DNA of 59,125 bases, filler included, from Catajapyx aquilonaris (taxonomy: Eukaryota), in NCBI GenBank assembly GCA_000934665.2. It is 4 parts of 4 records of this genome, joined end to end, with 100 filler letters (N's around TTAATTAATTAA, not from the genome) between each part and the next. Parts side by side here need not be neighbours in the genome. Positions count along the whole stretch, not along the records: positions 44,422 to 59,125 come from JYFJ02007710.1; 3 more parts are not named here. One strand, given 5' to 3'. The first letter of the stretch is position 1. The number at the start of each line of letters is the position of its first letter. The notes beneath the pieces were generated by a model. The model was not told the DNA's origin. It made no database searches and saw nothing but the letters and a program-made list of their open reading frames with translations. Shown in pieces: positions 49,300 to 59,125 of this stretch. A program made the position numbers and the translations under genes.

Positions 49300-50030
49300 A
49301 AACACAATGACTCCGGGTGCGTCTAGACCTTGTGGGTGTTGGAGTCACCGTATAGCCTTCCGACTGTCAAGGTCAAAAGTGATGAGTGCTATCCTTGATT
49401 ATTACTGATACTTACCGGTACTGATAATTCTGAATAAACTTGAATTTTTTTCCAGAATGATGACCAAATTGATACAAATGGATGGTATAGGGCCCTATTA
49501 TGCAACAACCAATCAAGCCACATATGCCGTACAGTCGAAAACGAGAAAAGGCTGTAAGGGCGAGTTGGAAGGTAATTCCGCCTAGAAGCCCGTCCTTACT
49601 GCTTGTGCATGTAAGGCCAATTTTCGACTCTCCAGCAAATGTGGGTTAACTAATTATTATTTCATGACACCGTCCAAATAGCCCTATGAGAAATCAAAAA
49701 AGGCTGGATCCTTTATCTTCCTCTTCAATGTGGCACGGGGGACAGCATATTTTCTAGCCAGAGGTCGTAGTGACGGTCAATTCTCAGAATTTGCAAATTT
49801 TATCCAGCGCATAATGCACTACAGTCTTAGAGGCGACATGTTTTGGCATCTCTGAACATAATAATGAATAAATAATACAGTTATGAGTACCCTGGTATGT
49901 AGTTATGGGCATAGTGGTTCATAACTATCTAGTATCATCAAAAGTTGCACACCATTCCATTCAAATAAGCATTTCAAGAAGCAATTTTTAAACCTGACCT
50001 CGAAATACAGTTATGGGCAGGGTATGACGA
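49300..50030 (-). mobile_element. Decayed pogo-family (HTH_psq) transposase
   Basis: RPLARKYAVPRATLKRKIK and TFQLA relics; AGTTATGGGCA subterminal repeats. Confidence 0.55.
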
Positions 50031-50874
50031 TTACTGTAAATACGACAATTGCCAGCGGAAAAAAAGGCCGACCAAGGCGATCAATAATTGGACGCTCATC
50101 ATTGATCATTATATCATAGTGTTGACAATGTTAACATTACTATAGTTGTATATAGTTGTAGAACTGGGGCTGATATGCGGCTTGGATGAGACGGAAATTC
50201 CGCGTGACAAAACGTTGCAAAATCAATCCGCGACGGACATTCCGTCGCGCAGATTATGATATTATCGACCAGGTTACAATGGATCACACCTCATTACCAT
50301 ATAGCCCGCCATTGAGGAAACACAATTGAAAATATATTTTCCTCTTACTCCATAAGAGTTACTAGTGCAAACGAAATACGTCTTGTAGTATGATACTTGC
50401 GCCAATGGGTCAATGGAACTCGACCCACCAACTGAACGTACGAACCACCAGAGATGCATGCAAAAGAAGTTTACAGCAATGGAGATCAATAATAATTGGC
50501 CACCTACTGGTCGTTATATCATAAAGTCGTCACAAATGGAAAAAATTATCAGTAGTGGTAGGCTACCTGGCCCAATATATCCCTCTACGTTGTAAAGTGA
50601 TTGTTTTGATCCACACAGTTACGGGCCACCCCCTTCTACTCACGCTATTATAATACTGACTTATCATTTTCTACAAAATATGAAACTATGGAGTCTACCC
50701 TAGTCATGCAAATTGACTTCGACAACCTGGAGTGACGAAAACCCTTGTAACTTATCGCTAGCTGCAGTGCTACTCCCTACCGACTACTTAGTGAAGAGGG
50801 CCTGCTGGAAGTGACTCAGAGACGAGAGGCTCTGGCGACCTTGATGAAAGCCCAACCGGGTGATTTCATGTATT

Positions 50875-51152
50875 GCACCCCCCGATGGTATCTCCACCTT
50901 TATATCGTGGTGGTGGGGTTTGCGTTTCTCCCGTGACCCCAAGAGCTATGCCGGCGGTAGCTTCGTCTACTGGTAGGGCCTCCCAAGCCGGACAGGTCTT
51001 TGGGATAGGAGACAGACTAAGAGAGATGCCAGTCTTTCCTCTCTTCTTTTTCCTCTTCGTTTCTCTCTCCATCTGTCCCACCTTTGCTTCTTCTACAGTC
51101 AGATAGCCACAGTTGCTTTGGCTTCTTCCTAATAAACCAAACCAAACCAAAC
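50875..51152 (-). mobile_element. RTE-related retroposon 5'-region fragment
   Basis: CTGTCCGGCTTGGGAGGCCCTACCAGTAG..GCTACCGCCGGCATAGCTCT, which resembles the leader of arthropod RTE elements as recalled. Confidence 0.55.
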
Positions 51153-51162
51153 CATGTATTGC

Positions 51163-53352
51163 ATGAATCAGTAGCACTTCCGCATCACAAGGACGGATCA
51201 CTGTAGGCTATATGGGTCGCCTGTTACGTCTACCCTTTTGCTATATACAGTATAATGCTAGATTGACACTTGGGCAAGGTGCTGTCGAATTCATTAGTGA
51301 TTGAATGAGACTAGTAGCCTTAGGAACTTACATAAGTGCTCTATTTTCATCTCTCTCTTTATGCCATGTGACTGTGATATACTTATACTGTAGTGTTGTG
51401 GAAATCCTGCGAACAAATCGGGCTCCTTGCTTTTTGCCGGCCAAAGATTGGGATGGGAAATATCAGACTGTGAACAGGTGTAAGACATAGGTTTTGGTAG
51501 GGTCATGTAGTCGACGAAGGTGATTACTAGGGAGGTTGGCAAATGGTCCTCACGAGAGGTGTGCCTGCATGGCCTTCTCCGTCTTACAGTGCTGGAATGT
51601 TTCTCGATCCGAACAGGACAATTTCACATTCCTATACGTGCCATTTGTGATTGTGAAGCTTGGTATGCATCAAGAGTCGTGTACTGTCACTTCCTTTGCG
51701 TCATATGATGAAAAAAGACAGGTGATCATAATATCGATGATGGTCGCGAACATCGAGAAAATTGGTATAAATTTCGATAGTCGTCCGCCATCTTTAGTTT
51801 CTATGCCTATGACTGCTGTCGTGATTTTTCGCTTTTCTGCCTTGTTGTCTGGGTGTCCGCGTTGCGGTTTCCCATGATTGTGTATGTGTGTGCGGGTAAA
51901 TATTCGGGTCAAGGAGAGAGGCGGAAGCGGGGAAGATCTGTGGCATCAACGAACGTGGTCTGAGCCATTCTGTAGGTCAGCTTGGATTCCAAACCTACTT
52001 GAATGTGACAAAATCGTAGCCATGTTTCTCCTATAGGCTTACCTTTCGAATCCCCTACGCTCAAAAATAATTTAAGTAACCGGTATTACCCTTTTATACC
52101 ACGGAATTTAGTCCAACAATTTTGTGCGTTCCATGTCATGGAGCCTATTCTCCCAGAAGTGCATTTGTCGGATGTTGTACTGAATGGTAGGGTCAAATTC
52201 GTTGCATAATCCAGTAGCTCTCTGGACACATATGTGCAGTAGTCAACTTGTTACGGTGACACATCTTAGAGTTTTTGGACGCGCGTGCACGAGTTGCCAT
52301 GGACAGATTGTCTTCCAACAAGTTCAGTAATTATTAACCCATAGATGAAAATGTTCAGTTATTCAGTGGCGAAGAATAGCTCAAAAACAACCTAGTTGTA
52401 GTCCTTCGCCTTGTGTCTTTTTGTACAGTATGTCCAGTTTGATCACCCCTTTGCTCACGGACTGTTCTGTTACGCATTATTTTTTTCCCATATCACCCTG
52501 GGGTTGTTATATATAATTATATATATTTTCCTGGGTTCTAGTCTGACCCTTTCGAACCAGTGTGCTCTCGGCTCTCTTTGGAGTGAGTAATGTGTTTTGT
52601 TGCCTCTAGCCTTTTTTGGGGGGTGCTTCGATGTGTTTGCCAAGCACTGAGGCTCGGAGCTCGTATACTCCAACTTCAGTGTACGTGCTAAGTAGCACTT
52701 GTGTATTGTTCTCGTTATGGTTGGAGAAGGTACTGTACAGGTGATCCATCTGATCTTGGCGTACTTGGTTCCGTTAACGGTGTGGTTTGACCACTGGTGT
52801 ACTAAAGGTACTGTTGGTGTTCGACACCCTGGGGAATTCTCTGTATGACGTCAACCGTCGACGTGAACTGATCCTGTTTCCAGTGGATGCTCAGCCTGAC
52901 GAACTTCGTCGTCTTCGATGTACTTCTGACACCGAAACTGTAGCAGCTGACCTCATTTTTGGAGTTGATGATACATATTCAGGGGATGTGCAAGGATCAT
53001 GCAGATGCTATCTCATGTACGCTGAAGGTTTCATTTGCATCATTTCTTGAGCAAGGTTAATATTGTGGAGACCGGGAAAGGTCGTGGTATGCTGTACTTA
53101 CCAGTATATTTTTTGTTAGTACTTGTCAATATTCTGGAGAAGGTTGTTGGAGCATTTGGTGACATTGTTGTACTCTAGATTTGAAAATTGATTGCTGTCG
53201 TGGTTCTGATACTTGGTCGTGTCTCCTGCATGCCCTTTTATAGAATCAGAAGGTCACCAGAATTATTAGAAGCAGTCTTATCATTCGGTCACCTTCTGTC
53301 GCCAGTCTTGTAGAGATTAGGATGTTATAGAAAATAGAGGGATGAAATAGGG
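51163..53352 (-). repeat. Unidentified module, copy A
   Basis: Collinear high similarity to 57114-59113 with reciprocal deletions. Confidence 0.9.
53205..53350 (-). promoter_or_regulatory. Candidate Pol II core promoter of the module (also ~58965-59110; upstream part also ~48955-49055)
   Basis: Minus strand: imperfect inverted repeat CAGAAGGTGACC..GGTGACCTTCTG, then TATAAAAG, ATCAG about 25 nt later and ACAATG downstream. Confidence 0.45.
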
Positions 53353-53441
53353 AGTAAGTTTGTATTTTCCTCTGGAAGAGGGTAACGTCCGACTAGCTTA
53401 TTCATCACTTTCACGAGGTTTATGTGTATGATGTGTGTGAC

Positions 53442-53925
53442 TTATTCCTCAGAGCATGTGTGACTTACATTAAACAATTTAAACATGTAGGCGAGGCGTT
53501 CTTCTCGGGTCTGCACGGGTTGGGGATGAGGTCTGTTTGGTCCCATGCTGGTGTTTGCTGCTCCCTCGGCTGCTCCTCTCCTGCAGGCTCTGGGTAGGCT
53601 TTCATTAACTCTCCGTAGAAGCATTTTTTCTGCGGCTTTGACATCGGTGGGGGTGTTGATGGTAAGTAGTATGGTGAAGGTGGGGATGCTGAGTCTTCCT
53701 CGTCTGAAGAGATGAATCCAAAAAGCTCTTCACTTAGTTTGCTTCGTGCATCTCCTTCTCCATCTTGTGGCTGCATCGGTGCTGTTGCTACTGCTGAAGT
53801 AGATGGTTCAGCTGATGGTGTCGGAGGTGGTGATGTAGGTGATGGTGGTGATGCAGGTGATGGACCGATCAGGGTTGGTGTGGCTTCTGCCCGGTAGTGG
53901 AAGAGTCCTCCCTGGGTCGTGTTCT
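53442..53925 (-). other. Pro/Ser-rich reading frame of unknown identity (second partial copy 46819-47067)
   Basis: GGLF.YRAEATP.LIGPSPASP..PTPSAEPSTSAVATAPMQPQ.GE.DARS.L is present in both copies. Confidence 0.5.
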
Positions 53926-53964
53926 AGACCTTTTCAAATGGGAGGATGTTGAGAATAAATGGGA

Positions 53965-54070
53965 GTCTCTCCAGTCGACTCTTGTATGGCACTCCTATAA
54001 GCCATGAGTACTTATGGTATTTCCATATCCCAGTTTTGTTGGTTCTTTTCTCGTACATAATGGATTCAGA
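53965..54070 (-). mobile_element. Gypsy integrase core C-terminal relic
   Basis: HYVREKNQQNWDMEIP*VLMAYRSAIQESTGETP. Confidence 0.8.
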
Positions 54071-55149
54071 TTTTCAACATGAAACTCTCTCCTTCAGATA
54101 CACATTGTTAAAAATATTATTATTCAAGAACTCACTCTCGAAAGACTGTTGACAGCGAAGAAGTAAAGAATAGGTCAGTTCGTTCAATTTCTTCCCGGAC
54201 ATCTGTTATGAAGAGATTGCGAAACCTACAACATTAGATGCTGCACACTATTGCTGTTAGCAGTGGTTCATTACTATACAGTTACAGAGCAGCATAATTT
54301 GCCACATAATATAGCCATATTTTGGTGTGTTGTTGCTATAAGATGATGTGGCTATATCTCTTTAACTTTGAATATATTATACCCAGTATCCACACTTCCT
54401 AGTGTTGCGGAGTTCCATCGTGTTCTTTGTGGTCCCACGTTGTATTATGCTGTCCATCAAAAATCGCTGGCCCTGTAATGCCCCTTGGGTCATATCTGGC
54501 ACTCTAGCTCCAATATGCAGAGACCATACTGACCCTGGTGCTGCAAGTGTTGATTTTTTTCCCACCTAGGTGTGCGGAAGTAGACGACCAATCACAAATA
54601 CGACACTGACCACTACCCGATTCCGGAAGCTCACAATGAAATGGTTCGCTCGGAAAATATGCAGTCAGAAAAAGAACTCCAATAATAATATCAGTATTCC
54701 ACTCCGTATCCTAGAAAAGGGAACTTTGCGGTAATGATTGGAAAAATAAGGGGGGAAATAATATCATAACTTCAATCCTATAGCAGGTGGGATTGTGAGG
54801 TTTTGATCACAGATCCAGACCGTTTTTTGCCCAACGGCAGTGTCGACAAGCATTATTTCTTAAAATGAAAGTTGCAGCGTTCGCCTGGTCACGCCTGGTG
54901 ATGTCATAGATAAACCGTTTATCACAGTTCATTTATTGTTATACGTAGCTGGGGACATTGCAATGGAATCATAATTATTACGCTGTCATGGCGATCGGTA
55001 TTTCTGTGCAATTGCAAATATTAATTGAGGTGCGTACGTCGTATGGATCAGCACATCTCTTTTCCTCTGGGAGAGGTAACGTCCGACTAGCTGTTGCACC
55101 TGTGTCCACCGCCCTGTGTCCACCCGTGTCCACCGGCCCCTCCTTGGGC

Positions 55150-55270
55150 CCTGGTGGACGTGGACTGCTGCCTGGCACTCTCCGGGAATTTAAAGAACTG
55201 GGCCCACGTGTACACCGACGGATCCAAGTCGGCGGACCACGTGGGTTGCTCTTTCGTCTGCTGCGGAGAG
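55150..55270 (+). mobile_element. Non-LTR retrotransposon RNase H fragment
   Basis: WAHVYTDGSKSADHVGCSFV. Confidence 0.7.
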
Positions 55271-55439
55271 GCCACATTATTTTGTTGCTTTTGTCCCAAA
55301 GCCGACAACATTGTACTACTCGCAACACAATGACATTACGTTACTTTAGTCCAAATTACGCAATTAATCATACCTGCACGTGCGTTATAATTTTAAATGT
55401 AGCAAAACCATGCTAATTATGTTAAACATTTTTGTACAA

Positions 55440-56350
55440 TGTTCATCATGATCATGAGGGCATCAGTCGCATACTGACCCCATGTAAATATGTTTTAAAC
55501 ATTTGCAAATCAAAGTTATGGGGACCCTTTTCTGTCGAGTCATGTTACGGGTGCACTTCGTCCAGTCCACATATCCTCAAATGTGTTTAGATGATGTCAC
55601 TGACGAACCTGGATACCAAAGTCTGATGGTGATCTATCGACCAGTTGGGACCTTGGGACCACATGGGGCCATCAATGTTCAATATTATTGAACATTTTTT
55701 TCCAAAAGTTCTTGGAGGAGCAGTATTGGCATTAACTCGCCGAGGAATCAGGTACGGTCCCACTAAATAACCATTAACAATCCCTGCCTACACGTCAACT
55801 GCAAATTGCTCATGATATCCAAGTCATAATGTGCGTGGGTGTTTTCTTAGGCCCAAGTCTTTTCACAGTCGCTGAGGTCACCTTGGTCCTCGGCAGGACC
55901 CTGCATGCAATAAGGATAACGCAGACTCACGTTTCAGGTTCCAGTTTCCTTTATTTCCGGGCAGAGCACGCTGGTGCAACATGCCACAGTCTGAAGGTTT
56001 CTGGAATTGAAGGGTCCTTCTCTAGTACAACTCTAATTCTCTAGTACTGGTGTGAACAAGGACCGGTCCACGGTGATGGGGATTAGCGTCGGACCATGCA
56101 CCTCATAGATCGTCCATCGACCGTGTCCTTTGACCAATGTCTGCCATACAGGCTGAGCTATAAATGCTATATTCACCATTCTTTTATAACCTGCGGGGGG
56201 TTTACGTCGTTCTGTTTTCACGGGAAAGTGGGTCTTCGGACCTTTGCATGCAAACGCACACACAAAGATCAGGCTTACTCACGTTTATTCGCACCCCTGA
56301 GGCTGGTGTGCATTGCCTCTGATCAGCCATTGCCAGAGCGTCTCTTTGCT
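55440..56350 (-). mobile_element. Decayed Tc3/DUF4817-type transposase
   Basis: LRYPYCMQ and QFAVDV*AGIVNGYLVGPYLIPRRVN relics with many stops and frameshifts. Confidence 0.65.
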
Positions 56351-56857
56351 GCTGGGTGAGCTGCGAAGTCATGTTAAAGATGTCCCACTGGACAGCTCTG
56401 ACACGTTCATACATTGGACTTTGAATTCATGCCGTTATAAGGGCTCCTTTATCTGGGATAGTTGGATGCAAGTATGTGTATTTAGTGATACACATTCAAA
56501 AAACTACAGACCTTCTTGAGTCTCACGAAACTGACTTGCCTTCGAAGAAGATATTCAAAGGGTTATACGTTATAATACGTATTACCATCCAGGCAGGATC
56601 TTCCTCAACCGTGGAGGATACTTTTTTCCCCACAGATTAGTATCGGCAAAAATTCCGAAGATGACTACTGCACTCGATTTTTTAGACGGGACGTACACTG
56701 TATGTCAGCGTCTCTAAAAGCCTCCATTGTACGTTGCTGTCTCCGTCAGCTGCAATCAGAACGTTGTCCTTATTAACACTATTTTGCCACTCACCGACCT
56801 GATCTTTCAAACGTTATGACCTCTAGATCTCGCAAGGGACACTTTCCAAGGTCTCAC

Positions 56858-57106
56858 CGGTTTTCTTGAAATTCGGTACATTGGTAGCCCACCCCAAGGG
56901 ATGAAAAACGAACCTAAAACGACCTGCTCAAAATGACATCTTTTTGGGGGTCAGAGGTAGTAAATGCCGAAGACACCGATTTTTTTGAATTTCGGTGCAT
57001 TGGTACCCCCCCCCCCCCCNNNCCCCCCCCCCCCCCAAAAAAAGGGGGTCAACCGGGTCATTTTGAGCAGGTCACTTTAGGTCCGTTTTTCATCCCTTAG
57101 AGGGTA
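56858..57106. repeat. Inverted/direct repeat MITE-like fragment
   Basis: AAGGGATGAAAAACG..GACCTGCTCAAAATGAC vs GTCATTTTGAGCAGGTC..CGTTTTTCATCCCTT. Confidence 0.7.
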
Positions 57107-57113
57107 TACTGTA

Positions 57114-59113
57114 TGAATCAGTAGCACTTCCGCATCACAAGTATGGATCACTAGTGTATATGGATCGCCTGTTACGTCTACCCTTTTGCTATACGGTATA
57201 ATGCTAGATTGACATTTGGGCAAGGTGCTGTCGAATTCATTAGTGATTGAATGAGACTAGTAGCCTTAGGAACTTACATAAGTGCTCTATTTTCATCTCT
57301 CTCTCTCTTTATGCTCTTTATGGGAAATATCAGACTGTGAACTGGTGTAAGACCTAGGTTTTGATAGGGTCATGTAGTCGGCGAAGGTGATTACTAGGGA
57401 GGTTGTGAAATGGTCCTCACGAGAGGTGTGCCTGCATGGCCTTCTCCGTCTTACAGTGCTGGAATGTTTCTCGATCCGAACAGAACAAATTTCACATTAC
57501 TATACGTGCCATTTGTAAATGCGTGAACTTGGATTCGCTTTTTTCTGAATTGCTGGCGAAGTCAACTTGTTGCGGTGACACATCTATGAGTTTTTGGACG
57601 CGCGTGCACGAGTTGCCATGGACAGATTGTCTTGCAACAAGTTCAGTAATTATTAACCCAGATGAAAATGTTCAGTTATGAGTGAAGAATAGTTCAAATA
57701 ACTTAGTTGTAGTCCTTCCCCGTGTTTCTCCTTCTCGTATGTCCTGTGTGATCACCCCTTTGTTCACGGACTGTTCTGTTACGCATTCGTTTTTTTCCCA
57801 TATCACCCTGGGGTTGTTATTTTTTTTCCTGGGTTGTACCCTGGCCCTTTCAAGCCAGCCCGATCTTGGCATACTTGGTTCAGTTAAGTGTGAACTGTGC
57901 GTTCGTGGTTTGACCACTGGTGTACTAAAGGTACTGTTGGTGTTCGACACCCTGGTAAATTCTCGTCTGTACGACGTCAACCGTCGTCGACGTGAACTGA
58001 TCCTGTTTCCAGTGGATGCTCAGCCTGATCAACTTCGTCGCGATGTACTTCAAATACCGCAACTGCAGCAGCTGACCTCATTTTTGGAGGTGATGTCTCT
58101 CCCAGCTGTGCCTTGCTTTTCGTTCGGCGAAGGTCTGTGTTCAGTGTGCACTTGAGACTGCTTCTGCTCGCGCGAATTATTTTTGATTGTGATTTTAGAT
58201 GGGACGGAAGTGATAGCGTTCCCATTATTTTTGTTTCACATATGAATTCTCTGGGATTCCCTCCCAGTCATTACGATTTATGGTGGCTCATTCCCCTATG
58301 CATGTTACTGACCCAATTTTAGATAGGAGTGTATTTTGCCCAATTTCCGTTTGACTTGCCTTTCTTTGTTGTTATGATTGTTTTTGTATGCGTGGTTGAC
58401 TTCTTGCCTATCTGGGATCAGGGTGAGAATTAAGTGCTTTGTTAGACAAACCTACCTAGCCGTCCGTCGCCCCCTTCCTTATTGGTTGTCATCAGAAATT
58501 TTACTTTTTTTGGAGGAGTTAATTCTGAACAAATTCACTTATGATTGCAATCTGAATTAGGTGTCTACGTCTGCTTTAACCATTAAGCTCCTCTGGAACC
58601 CCCTTGAATATTCGCAACACTGGTACTTATTTGCCTCTCCCCCGAACTTGGTGAACATTATTATGGCCACGAAACATTCACAGATTTTGCCCTGGTAGGA
58701 TGGGAGTAAGCAAAGACGCACATATTCAGGTGATGAGCGAGGATCATGCAGATGCTATCTCATGTACGCTGAAGGTTTCATTTGCATCATTTCTTGAGCA
58801 AGGTTAATATTGTGGAGACCGGAAAGGTCGTGGTATGCCGTACCAATAGCTTGGCCGTACTTATACCAGTATTTTTTGGTAGTACTTGTCCATATTCTGG
58901 AGAAGGTTGTTGGAGCATTTGGTGACATTGTTGTACTCTAGATTTGAAAATTGATTGCTGTCGTGGTTCTGATACTTGGTCGTGTCTCCTGCATGCCCTT
59001 TTATAGAATCAGAAGGTCACCAGAATTATTGGAAGCAGTCTTATCATTCGGTCACCTTCTGTCGCCAGTCTTGTAGAGATTAGGATGTTACAGAAAATAA
59101 AGGGATGAAATAG
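57114..59113 (-). repeat. Unidentified module, copy B
   Basis: See copy A; carries ~58095-58740, which is missing from A. Confidence 0.9.
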
Positions 59114-59125
59114 GGGCTATTGCTG

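Noticed and set aside
59080..59115. LTR boundary at TGTTACA
   Set aside because: No TGG primer-binding site or correctly oriented polypurine tract is adjacent.

Overview
Eukaryotic, most likely arthropod, genomic DNA. The window is four pieces (1-14712, 14813-29518, 29619-44321, 44422-59125; 14,703-14,712 bp each) joined by artificial N44-TTAATTAATTAA-N44 spacers, so no linkage across spacers should be assumed. Piece 1 holds the last three coding exons of gamma-tubulin complex component 4 (minus strand) among SINEs, MITEs and a Minos-like Tc1 element. Piece 2 holds an FPPS-family prenyltransferase gene with non-aromatic chain-length residues and no visible KT/SARM exons, a decayed SAMD3-like multi-exon gene and a composite Mutator-like element. 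Piece 3 is a tandem pair of intact 14-15-finger C2H2 genes whose differences cluster at DNA-contacting helix positions; copy 2 has a duplicated single-finger exon. Piece 4 is a transposon graveyard (Gypsy integrase, pogo, DUF4817, RNase H relics) that also contains an unidentified duplicated ~2 kb module headed by a recurrent TATA-linked motif. All family assignments come from motif recognition by eye; no searches were run.
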